A stretch of 64,000 nucleotides of DNA. It comes from a virus (Duplodnaviria; Caudoviricetes). Below the pieces are notes generated by a model. That model was not told where the DNA came from. It was given only the letters and a program-made list of their open reading frames with translations, and did no database searches. Within the stretch, counting starts at the first letter, position 1, and every line of letters begins with the position of its first letter. The DNA lies in the IMG/VR virus record IMGVR_UViG_3300035517_000038, positions 1-64,000 of that record; one strand, given 5' to 3'. This document shows, piece by piece, positions 55,093 through 64,000 of this stretch. The translations under genes were made by a program, and so were the position numbers.

Positions 55093-58000
55093 TTACATTC
55101 TACACTTAAGGAAAGTTTCTTTCTCTAATAGAGTCATCTTTTCAAAATCTTCTATAGTCATACCTCTTTCCTTAAGATAATCCATAGATTCTCTAGCTTG
55201 AGCATTGAGTTTAGCATGATTGTAACTTTCTAATTTTTCTTTGAAAGCACTTCTCTCAGCTATTTCTGCTTTCTTTGCATCAAGCATATTCTGAAGTTGT
55301 ACTCTTCTTTGTAAGAGTTTTGTACTTTCCTTATTCATAGCAATACCTAATTTATTTACAGATGTCCATATCTCATACCTACCTCTACACTCATCTACTT
55401 GAGTTATATCTTTATATTCCTCAGGTATAGCATTTTCAGCAGCATCAGGTGTTAAGAATCCATCTCTATAAATAACATAGCCTTTTCTAAGTTTGGCTTT
55501 AGGGTCTCTTTTGAGTTTCTCATAAGCAGCTCTCAATCTATTGTTGCTTTCTTTTATTTTATCTCTTGTAGAAGATATTTCATTCTCTATATCTTTAATC
55601 TCTTGTTCTAATGCTTCTTCTTCACTCATGGACCTTCTAAGAGTTTGTTCTCTACTCTGTTGATTTCTATTTATAGTTATAGCTTTAGAATCATATATAA
55701 TATGATGGTCGGCATTACTAAAACCAGAATGGTGCATAGCCCCTACATAACCGCCTTTAGCTACTAATAATTTAGTAACATCTGCTTGAGCTTTTCCAAC
55801 ATTAGAACCTGCAGAGCCTTTATCTAAATATTCTATAGATTGTAAACCCTCAAGTATTCTAATCTTGTCCATGGTAGTTTCTGCAGTATTATAAAGATTA
55901 TCAAAAATATCTTGAAGCTCTTTCGGTGTCATATTTTCACCCTTAGTACCTAACAGAGATTTACCATTAACTCTTGGCTCATTACCAGAAAGTGTCATAT
56001 GAGCTATAACTCTTTGATATTGCTCACTATTCTTTATTTTAGGTAGTAAAGAATATTTTATACTATCTAAAATTGACAAAGTTTCTGCATCAGGGGCAGT
56101 ATCTAATTGTAAAAATTTACCATTAGCATTTATACTAATACTGTAAGTATTACCACCATGCAAAGATTTTAATAAACTTTCTGCAACTGTTACAGCTTCA
56201 TCAATATTAGTAAAGAACGCCTCAGTTTCTTTATTAGCTTCTACAAATTTATTATATTTTTCAGAAAGTTGTCTAGCTAAGTTATTTAACTGTATTGTTT
56301 CTTTATTTTCTACAATTTTACCTTTGCTATATACACCTTCACTAAAAGAACTTTTAATAGCTTTTATCTCTGCTTTAAGTTTATCTGCATTAGTTATAAG
56401 TCTTCTGATAGTACCTAAAATACCCTTTGTTTTCTGAATACTAGCTAACTTATATTGTAAACTTTCTAAACTATCAATTCTCGAAGATAACCTTTCAACT
56501 AAATCAACAAATTCTTTAAAACTTTGAGTATCCTGCTGGAAAAATTTAGTCAAACGTTCAAAAAGTCTTGTATTCTTTTCTCCAAGATTCTGCCCTAATT
56601 TGATAGTAGCTGAGAATGTATTTAAAGCATCTACCATATCAGCTACAGATAAATTAGAGCCAGAACTTTCAAAAAGAGTGAAAGCTTTTGGTAAATACTC
56701 TCTTAATCTAGTAGCCAATGCTCTAATCCTGTACATCTGCGCTTCCACTTTACTACCAGTAAAATAAAAACCTGACGTATATGCAGTATTACCCTCACCT
56801 GTAAACAAGAAATCTGTACTAAACTCATCTATAGCAAAAGCTCCTGTACCATGATAAGTATTAATAGTATTAGTAGCTTTACTCTTATTAGCAAACTTAC
56901 CTTTTCTAATATTTCTGTAGAGTTTATTAAGTTGAGCCTCTTTACCAAATAAAGTTTTAACAAACATCTTAAGTTTACCCCAAAGTTTTCTAAAACCTTT
57001 TTGATTCTCCAGTTGCTCATAGTTCTGCATATACCTTCTAAAGCCCTCTGCAAGCTCTTCCTCAAGCTCTAATTCAGACTTCTGACCAAATACCCTAGCA
57101 GCTTCTTCATAAAGGTCTGAAAGCTCTCTATCGCTTAATAAGGTTTGGGATACATAGTGGAAAGCCTCATGATAAGCAGTACCCCTACTAGAGTTTTTAG
57201 CAAGATACACAACACCATCTTTAAACAATCCCCATACTTTATCTCCATTAGCAAGAGTTGATAATTGTGTTACACTCTCCACTAATCTAAGAGCATCTTC
57301 ATGAGCTAATTGAGGGAGCATTTGTTGTACTCTTGCAACCTCTGCTTCTATATCAGTACCTTCATAGGCTTCATCAGAAGACTCTCTCCTGAGTTTTGAA
57401 GATTTTTCATAAGCCTCTCTTGCTTTCTTTTGAATATCCTCCTCAGACATACTGCTATTAATAGTAGCATCATATGTAGCAAAGAATCTATTCTTCATAG
57501 TATTATTGAGTTTAGAAACAGCAATAACTATATCTTGAGGAACTTTATAGAAAGTTAACTTTCTAGTAGCATTTATCTTACCTCTAAGACTCTTAAGTGC
57601 TTCATTATAAGCATCTTGAGTATCATCTTTCTTAGCTTCTGCTGCTTTCGCTTTCTCTTTCTCTGCTTTCTGCTTAGCTCTTTCAGCTGCAATATCCATA
57701 GAGAAATCAAAATCATCAGCAGAAAGAACTTCACCACCATCATCATCTGTAGCAGCTTCATCTGCTGCAGGAGTAGTAGTCTTTAACTCTGTAGCAGCTT
57801 TCTCTCTGCTGGCTACTACAGTAGCATATGCAGAGTTTACAGAGTCTATAATATCTTCATCATACTTAATCTTGGTTACATCTATATTAAAATGTTCAGC
57901 GAGCTTATCATATAAAGCATCTGTAAATTCAGTACCTTCTAAGTTTTCTAAACCTTTAGATAATTCATCTACAACATTAACAAAATTAGGGTCATTAAAT

Positions 58001-61000
58001 ATAGTATTTCTGACTGATAAAGTATGACTAAAGCTATTAAATTCATCTGCACTATTGCTATCTCTAGGTTCTTCTTTAACATATTTAAGAGAAACTTGAG
58101 CTTCTGAAAATCCTTCAGCTGTACCTGCATTTACATCCACAATTATAGCACCACCGTCTATAGTATAAATAGCTACATAATTACCACTAACACCAGCAAC
58201 AGTATCAGAGAACTCACTATCACCTCTAGGAGATTTAATAGTAATAGTTACTACAGAATCTTTAGTTAGCTTAGAAGCATTATCCGCAGTAATAGCAGAA
58301 CCCGAAGGTATTACATTATTAGAGTTTTTCTTATTTTCTTGTCTCTTTTTAGCCTCATCTATATACCTTTGAAGCATCTCTTTATATTTAGCTTTATCAG
58401 TTTGTTTCTGTAAAACTTTAAGAGCTTTATGAACTTCAGGCATCTTGCTATATAAATACTGCTCTACTTTACCAGTGGTAGCATCTGAGAGTTTATTCCA
58501 ATTAGAGAGAAGTTCAAAGATTGCTTCATTATTAGATTTTATCAGATTAACAGCTTTAGTTTTTTGGAGGTTTTTAGCATTTTCTCTAATATTTTTAATA
58601 GTTTCTCTATAAGCTTTTAAATCACTCTCTTTAAGATTCTCTAATTCAGTTTTTAATACTGCAGGTATTATAGAGTCATTATTAAGAAGCTCTTCATCAG
58701 TGATATTAATATCATCTAACCTAGCTAATTTTATAGCAGCTTCTAGTAATCTTGTAGTATTAGAGGTTGATGTTGTAGTGGTGGTAGTAGTTTCCTTTTC
58801 TACATTAAACTCATCAAAGAGTTTATTTTTTGTAGCAGGGTCTACTTTAAGATATTGTATAGCAATATTTGTAGCATCTTGCACAGTGAGAGTACCATTT
58901 TGAACAGCTTGCTGTACTTGAGCCATGAACTCTATAAGATTTACATTAGCCTTAGTCTTATTACCGTTGTTGTTAATAGCTCTCACTAATTCCTCTCTAG
59001 TAGAGTTAGCTCTAAGTATAGTTTGTCTTATTCTGAGAACAAGGGATTTAGCTAATGCATAATTTAAATCTCCGCCATCATTTGAAGAATCCTCATTAAG
59101 AACAAACAAACCTCCAGGAACTTCACCTTCTTTAAGTAATCCAGCTTTTCTAGCAATTTCATTACCTATTTGTTTAGCTTCTACTACTTTTTTACCACCA
59201 TTAAGATACTCAGCACCTACTCTACCCTCTGCATTACTTTTGTCAATGCCACTGTCTAAACCTTCAGTATCAATAGCATCTGTAGGACTGCTAATAGGAG
59301 TACCAAAAGCTTCAGAAGGTATTTTATCAGCTTCTTGTCTAGCAGCATCTACAGCAGCTCCTAAGCCTTCTGTATTAGCTTCAGCAGGAGCACTTTCTAC
59401 TTTAGGTGCTACAAACTTCTCTTCTTTAGTATTAAATCTACCCCAAGGAGTATCATATTCTTTTTGACCATTTAAACCATGCTGAATACCATAAGCCTTA
59501 GCCCTTAATATTGCATGATTAGGTTTTGTAGGGTCTAAGAGTAAGTAATCATTACCAACTGCATCCCAGACATAATAATCACCATTCTCTATCTTTACTC
59601 TTGTATTAGCGTCTACATCAACATGAGTAGCAGTGCTGGTTCTTTGATTAGGATTAGTACCTATAGTCTTGGGGGCTTTGGCTTTCTTCTCTTGACCATC
59701 TATAATAGGATTGAGAACAAACCAATCATCTACTGTGTGATTAGCTCCAGGTCTCATATTAGTGAAAGCTACTTCACCAATCATTCTATTATAATTGACC
59801 TCTTGACCATTTACTGTGATAGTATTATTAATATGCTCTCTTGCTACTCTAATAGAAGGGTTGTGCTTTTTTATAGCCTCCATTATAATATCAGCTCTGG
59901 TGTTAATACTAGCACTTTCTAAACTAGCCCATGCTATTTTTTCACCATTTCTAATACCTAAGAGTTTACCATCTTTTGAGAATGTTATAATACCCTTATC
60001 ATGATTAAGATTTAATAAAGCTCTGAGTCTATCTTGAGCTTCATGAATATCCTTTTTATCTGAATTTTGACTTAAAGTAGCCATATATTCGGCAACTTCT
60101 CTTACTGCTTTATAGATAAGAGAGCCTTCAGAAATACCTAACCATCTAGGCATAGAGAAAGGTACAGGCATATAAGCTCTTAAGTCACTAGAAGTAGGAA
60201 GTAACAGATAGGGAGTACCTGCAGGAGCAGTACTACTTTCAGAAGTTCTCATTATTGTAGACTGCAGTTTAGGGTCTCTAGACTTTTTAGAGTTAGCAAC
60301 AACAACAGGAGATTGACCATTAGAAGTTGAGAAACCAATCATGAAATCATTCTCAGTAGATTGACCCTGAGAATTGGTATTATCCATAATCTGATTTAAA
60401 GACACTGACCTTTTATTTGTTGTAAAATCAGGTTTACCTACCATAATTTTAGCTATGGTAGATTCTCCACCTACAGGAACTAAATCGCCTTCTACAGATT
60501 CTTGCTTTTCATTATATTCTTTTACTGCTTTTCTTGTAAACTCTGCTAATCCTGGGTATCTATCTGTTTCTATAGGAAGGTCACCGATAACTTCACCACT
60601 ACTATTTACAATAAGAATTACAGGAACACCTGCAGATTTAGATAACTCTTTACTTATAGCAAAAGTAACCTTAGGTCCTTTAGCTCTATCATAAAAACCA
60701 GTTTTAGCTCTATCAAATACACCTACTTTCTCTAAAAACTCATATACTGCTTTATAGATAGGTTTCTTCTCATTAGAGTTATCAAGGGTCATCCAATAAG
60801 GTGTTCTATCACCACCTCTCTTTCTATGTATTGGGTATTCAGTAGTAGCAGGTCTCCAATAATTTAAAGTACCATTAGCAGCTTTAAGAGGTAAAGCTCC
60901 AGTAGCAGCATCTTCATCAGCTTGTGCTTGAGAGTTAGTTATCTTATCATCATTATGTATTTTATCTATTTCCTCACCTAATAATTCTTCAGGAATAGAT

Positions 61001-64000
61001 TCAACACCAGTGACTTCTTCTTGAGTAGCTTGCTCACCACCAGTAACTATTTCAGGTTTAGTGCTTGTTGGTAATTTTAAATCAGCTATATCTTCAGTAG
61101 TTAAACTGGCATCTACGAATTTAGGAATGTGTTTACTAAAAACTATATATAAATCTTTAATATAATTATTAGAAAATAAGTCACCATATTTTCTTTGTAT
61201 AGTCTTTTTTAGATTATTATTAGAGACTTTTTGAGCTAAAAGTTCTACTATATTATTTAGCATTTCTCTAATTCTAACCTCTTCTGCCTCTGTTATTAAT
61301 CCCTGTTCTTTAGCCGCTCTAATATCATTATTAACAGCTTTAATAAATGCATCATAAGCATCTGTACGCTGTATAGCATTAACAGGTGCAGGCTGTTCTA
61401 CAGGGTCTGTAGCAGATGGTTTTTCTTCTCCTAAGACCTCAGCACCAACCCTACCTTCTACAGGGCCTCTTTCTACAGTTCCTGGTACATTTTCTAAAAG
61501 CTTTTCAGTTGCTTTTTCTTCATCTAGAGCTTCTCTAATAGCAGTTTTAGCTTTATCTAATCTTTGACCCATAAGAGCTTCTATCTCTTCCTCAGTCATA
61601 GAAGGGTCTAAAGCCCTATTAGGAAGATTTTCAAAGTTATTAAAAGCCTCTCTATCTAAGTCATCTAAATCTTCTATAGCTTCAGAATTTTTAAGACCTT
61701 CTAATAATAAAGCTAAAGCATCTTGGTGAGTTTGCTCATCTATTTGTCCTCTAGCTCGCATATCATCTAACCTCTTCTTAGAATTTTTAGCTTTTTCAAG
61801 AATCTCTTTTGCTTTTCTAGACCTTTTAATAGCCTCTTGTTTTTCTGTAGAAACATTACCAGTAGTATCATCAAAAGCTTCATCACCCATTTCTACAAAT
61901 TCATCAAAGGCGCTGGTGTCTATATCTTCCCAACTTTCTGAATTATCAATAACCTCATTGATTTTTTCATTTACAGATTGAGATGCTGCTTTATTTACTT
62001 TCTCTTCTTCTGTCTTATTCTCCTTTTCTGTAGCTGTATCTTTCTTAGTTTGCTCAATATCATCTTCCAGCTTATCTAAATTCTTTGAATACTCTTTGAC
62101 AGTATCTGAAAATAGTTTAGTAGCTTTAGAGAGTGCCTTCATATCTTCAAGTTTTTTAAGAATATCCTTATATTCAAACTCATCAAATATAGCACCATTG
62201 TGTTCTAAATATTTTGCAATACCGTCTCTAAAATCATCCCATTTCTCATCTGATAATTTTCTATTAGCCCTTGATGCAGTACCCCTAAGAAGACTTTTAA
62301 ATTCTTCATTAGCGAATTTTATTTGGGCAATAGTTTTGTCTAACTCTGGGTCTTTAACACCCTGAGCCTCTAAAACCTCCCTATACCTTTCAAGCTCTTG
62401 TACTTCTTCTATATTATTATCTAATATAGGCTTCAAAGCTTTTTGTACTTCGTCACCCATTTGGTCTATTCTCTTTTCCCAATTAAGGGCTTGTGCTCTA
62501 AGGAAAGCAAGATAATTAGCTTGGTCATTACTTAATCTATCACCTACGCTATTATCCACCCAGCTTTTAGAATCTAGATAAGCATCTACAACTTCCCTCA
62601 TCTGTTTAGAGTTCTTTTGTAGAATATCTACAGCCTTCTGCTGACCTTCTTCAGTATTAATATCTATACCTGCAAACTGCCCTTCATTATATTCTTGTAT
62701 CTCTCCAGGAGTTAATAATTTTCTAGATAATTTTTCTGCTCTTTTATTAAGCACATTCTGTTGTTTTATGCTTAGAGCTTTTTTATTATTATTAAGAAAA
62801 TTATATATAGTATTAAGTTCCTCTTTAATAGCTTCCCTTTGTTCCTCAATAGTAACAGTTCTAGTATTATCTTTAACAATCTCGGCTAATTCTTCAGGGG
62901 ATGCTTGGTCAGCACTATCTAAGAAATCTAATATAGTATAAAAGTCATCAAGTCTACCAGCGTCTGAGAACATTTGAACACCACTAAACATTGAAGCAAA
63001 TTCAGCATCCTTGAAAGCTTTTTCATCACCTACTTCTAAAGCAGCTTTTTGTAAATTACTAAAGAAGTTTATTCTGTTTATACCTTTAAAATTATTTAGA
63101 TTCTTGGGGTCTTGTATCCACTCATTTAACTTTCCTACTATTTTCTCAGCCCTTTCCTCATTTTCTCTTATATTTTGTAACTCCTCTCGTACACCACCTT
63201 GCATACGTAACCCCCATTTACCTTTCTGTTTACTGATAATAGGTACACCAGTAAGACCAGTAACACCACCTATAAGAAACTCAAACCAAGAATTAGAGTC
63301 TTTGACATTGGCATCAATACCATTTATAATGGAGTTCATGTAGCTAAGAGTTTCTAATTCGGCATCTTCATCTATATTACTTTTGTAATAATTCATTACA
63401 TCAGTACCATAATAATCAATATTGATTTTACCAGCAGCACCCTGACTCCATTCCTCATTAGCTTCTCTTAAAAATGGTTTTACAGTAGATTTTAAAAACT
63501 TCTCACCTTTCCCCATTTTATCTACGTTATAGGAACCTTTGGCAAGTTGTTTAGCAAATTCTTCTGCATCGACAGCAGTGCCTGCCTCAGCAGCTTTTGA
63601 TGCTGCTCCTTTAGCAGCTTGTTTTACAGAAGTCCTTTCACCTTGAGAATTTACATAAGAAACACCTTCAATTTTAGATAATGGTTTCCAACCTCCGACC
63701 ATAGCTTTACCAAAAGCAAAATAGTTAGAAGTAGCAAGAATACCAATATTCATAGCAAATACACCATTACCAACTTTAATAGCATCTTCTTTAGCTCTTT
63801 GCATAGCTTTATCATAAGCATCGTTAGCCTCCTTTTTAGCTATGCTTCTAGCATTATTTACTCTACTAATATAATCGGCATTAAGTTTATCTAGTTCTTT
63901 TTTTCTAGCTTGTTCAGTAGGATTAACAAAAACACCATCACCATTGTTTACCAAAGTTTGAGGCATTTTGTCATATCTTTCATTAATCTCTTTGTACTTT
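55093..64000 (-). CDS. Giant polyvalent virion protein with zincin (MPTase-like) and ART-like domains (5' end outside window)
   Basis: More than 2957 aa, frame open to the window edge; HEAFH at 57157-57171 with downstream EEELAE; YHGT...F...GEG..AY..GFYFT at about 56755-56856. Confidence 0.75.
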   Translation of the reverse strand, partial: KYKEINERYDKMPQTLVNNGDGVFVNPTEQARKKELDKLNADYISRVNNARSIAKKEANDAYDKAMQRAKEDAIKVGNGVFAMNIGILATSNYFAFGKAMVGGWKPLSKIEGVSYVNSQGERTSVKQAAKGAASKAAEAGTAVDAEEFAKQLAKGSYNVDKMGKGEKFLKSTVKPFLREANEEWSQGAAGKINIDYYGTDVMNYYKSNIDEDAELETLSYMNSIINGIDANVKDSNSWFEFLIGGVTGLTGVPIISKQKGKWGLRMQGGVREELQNIRENEERAEKIVGKLNEWIQDPKNLNNFKGINRINFFSNLQKAALEVGDEKAFKDAEFASMFSGVQMFSDAGRLDDFYTILDFLDSADQASPEELAEIVKDNTRTVTIEEQREAIKEELNTIYNFLNNNKKALSIKQQNVLNKRAEKLSRKLLTPGEIQEYNEGQFAGIDINTEEGQQKAVDILQKNSKQMREVVDAYLDSKSWVDNSVGDRLSNDQANYLAFLRAQALNWEKRIDQMGDEVQKALKPILDNNIEEVQELERYREVLEAQGVKDPELDKTIAQIKFANEEFKSLLRGTASRANRKLSDEKWDDFRDGIAKYLEHNGAIFDEFEYKDILKKLEDMKALSKATKLFSDTVKEYSKNLDKLEDDIEQTKKDTATEKENKTEEEKVNKAASQSVNEKINEVIDNSESWEDIDTSAFDEFVEMGDEAFDDTTGNVSTEKQEAIKRSRKAKEILEKAKNSKKRLDDMRARGQIDEQTHQDALALLLEGLKNSEAIEDLDDLDREAFNNFENLPNRALDPSMTEEEIEALMGQRLDKAKTAIREALDEEKATEKLLENVPGTVERGPVEGRVGAEVLGEEKPSATDPVEQPAPVNAIQRTDAYDAFIKAVNNDIRAAKEQGLITEAEEVRIREMLNNIVELLAQKVSNNNLKKTIQRKYGDLFSNNYIKDLYIVFSKHIPKFVDASLTTEDIADLKLPTSTKPEIVTGGEQATQEEVTGVESIPEELLGEEIDKIHNDDKITNSQAQADEDAATGALPLKAANGTLNYWRPATTEYPIHRKRGGDRTPYWMTLDNSNEKKPIYKAVYEFLEKVGVFDRAKTGFYDRAKGPKVTFAISKELSKSAGVPVILIVNSSGEVIGDLPIETDRYPGLAEFTRKAVKEYNEKQESVEGDLVPVGGESTIAKIMVGKPDFTTNKRSVSLNQIMDNTNSQGQSTENDFMIGFSTSNGQSPVVVANSKKSRDPKLQSTIMRTSESSTAPAGTPYLLLPTSSDLRAYMPVPFSMPRWLGISEGSLIYKAVREVAEYMATLSQNSDKKDIHEAQDRLRALLNLNHDKGIITFSKDGKLLGIRNGEKIAWASLESASINTRADIIMEAIKKHNPSIRVAREHINNTITVNGQEVNYNRMIGEVAFTNMRPGANHTVDDWFVLNPIIDGQEKKAKAPKTIGTNPNQRTSTATHVDVDANTRVKIENGDYYVWDAVGNDYLLLDPTKPNHAILRAKAYGIQHGLNGQKEYDTPWGRFNTKEEKFVAPKVESAPAEANTEGLGAAVDAARQEADKIPSEAFGTPISSPTDAIDTEGLDSGIDKSNAEGRVGAEYLNGGKKVVEAKQIGNEIARKAGLLKEGEVPGGLFVLNEDSSNDGGDLNYALAKSLVLRIRQTILRANSTREELVRAINNNGNKTKANVNLIEFMAQVQQAVQNGTLTVQDATNIAIQYLKVDPATKNKLFDEFNVEKETTTTTTTSTSNTTRLLEAAIKLARLDDINITDEELLNNDSIIPAVLKTELENLKESDLKAYRETIKNIRENAKNLQKTKAVNLIKSNNEAIFELLSNWNKLSDATTGKVEQYLYSKMPEVHKALKVLQKQTDKAKYKEMLQRYIDEAKKRQENKKNSNNVIPSGSAITADNASKLTKDSVVTITIKSPRGDSEFSDTVAGVSGNYVAIYTIDGGAIIVDVNAGTAEGFSEAQVSLKYVKEEPRDSNSADEFNSFSHTLSVRNTIFNDPNFVNVVDELSKGLENLEGTEFTDALYDKLAEHFNIDVTKIKYDEDIIDSVNSAYATVVASREKAATELKTTTPAADEAATDDDGGEVLSADDFDFSMDIAAERAKQKAEKEKAKAAEAKKDDTQDAYNEALKSLRGKINATRKLTFYKVPQDIVIAVSKLNNTMKNRFFATYDATINSSMSEEDIQKKAREAYEKSSKLRRESSDEAYEGTDIEAEVARVQQMLPQLAHEDALRLVESVTQLSTLANGDKVWGLFKDGVVYLAKNSSRGTAYHEAFHYVSQTLLSDRELSDLYEEAARVFGQKSELELEEELAEGFRRYMQNYEQLENQKGFRKLWGKLKMFVKTLFGKEAQLNKLYRNIRKGKFANKSKATNTINTYHGTGAFAIDEFSTDFLFTGEGNTAYTSGFYFTGSKVEAQMYRIRALATRLREYLPKAFTLFESSGSNLSVADMVDALNTFSATIKLGQNLGEKNTRLFERLTKFFQQDTQSFKEFVDLVERLSSRIDSLESLQYKLASIQKTKGILGTIRRLITNADKLKAEIKAIKSSFSEGVYSKGKIVENKETIQLNNLARQLSEKYNKFVEANKETEAFFTNIDEAVTVAESLLKSLHGGNTYSISINANGKFLQLDTAPDAETLSILDSIKYSLLPKIKNSEQYQRVIAHMTLSGNEPRVNGKSLLGTKGENMTPKELQDIFDNLYNTAETTMDKIRILEGLQSIEYLDKGSAGSNVGKAQADVTKLLVAKGGYVGAMHHSGFSNADHHIIYDSKAITINRNQQSREQTLRRSMSEEEALEQEIKDIENEISSTRDKIKESNNRLRAAYEKLKRDPKAKLRKGYVIYRDGFLTPDAAENAIPEEYKDITQVDECRGRYEIWTSVNKLGIAMNKESTKLLQRRVQLQNMLDAKKAEIAERSAFKEKLESYNHAKLNAQARESMDYLKERGMTIEDFEKMTLLEKETFLKCRM

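Noticed and set aside
2169-63343. Numerous short antisense or out-of-frame ORFs in the track (e.g. 2169+, 9421+, 12591-, 23168-, 48361-, 63011+)
   Set aside because: They are shadows of longer, well-supported genes, with no motifs or initiation signals.
1-64000. Stop-codon reassignment (TAG/TGA), known in some Crassvirales
   Set aside because: Late and replication genes are intact under code 11, TAG and TGA terminate genes at sensible positions, and no suppressor tRNA is present in the window.
1-64000. CRISPR array, diversity-generating retroelement, integrase, inteins
   Set aside because: No regularly spaced repeats, reverse transcriptase, recombinase or intein splice motifs were seen.

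Overview
A 64 kb section of a crAss-like (Crassvirales) Bacteroidetes phage genome, standard genetic code; the gene set is most reminiscent of the delta/Suoliviridae group, but that assignment is tentative. Positions 1-12,300 (minus strand) hold the late packaging module: a truncated lamin-tail/purple-acid-phosphatase-like protein, portal, large terminase, GroES-like and IHF-like proteins, a PI-PLC and a zincin. At about 12,300-13,500 the strand switches, with A-tracts, a GC-rich patch and several structured non-coding elements. From 12,558 to 42,430 (plus strand) come small early genes, four tRNAs (Arg-CCT, Arg-TCT, Leu-TAA, Ile2/Met-CAT) and the replication and nucleotide-metabolism module: SF2 and DnaB helicases, AAA ATPase, SSB, primase, rIIA/rIIB, nucleases, NrdJ, dUTPase, PolA, thioredoxin and ThyX. 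NrdJ and PolA are each split by a group I intron carrying a homing endonuclease. Positions 42,560-64,000 hold the virion RNA polymerase (DFDVD motif, N-terminal NADAR-like domain), a second large virion protein and a convergent giant protein with zincin and ART-like domains. Seven Bacteroidetes-type promoters with an exact 20-nt spacer are visible. The most notable unexplained signal is in the non-coding leader of the tRNA operon: it carries the exact antisense of an 11-mer found just upstream of three replication-region start codons, suggesting a phage small-RNA regulon embedded in the tRNA cluster. All calls are by-eye motif recognition; no database searches were run.
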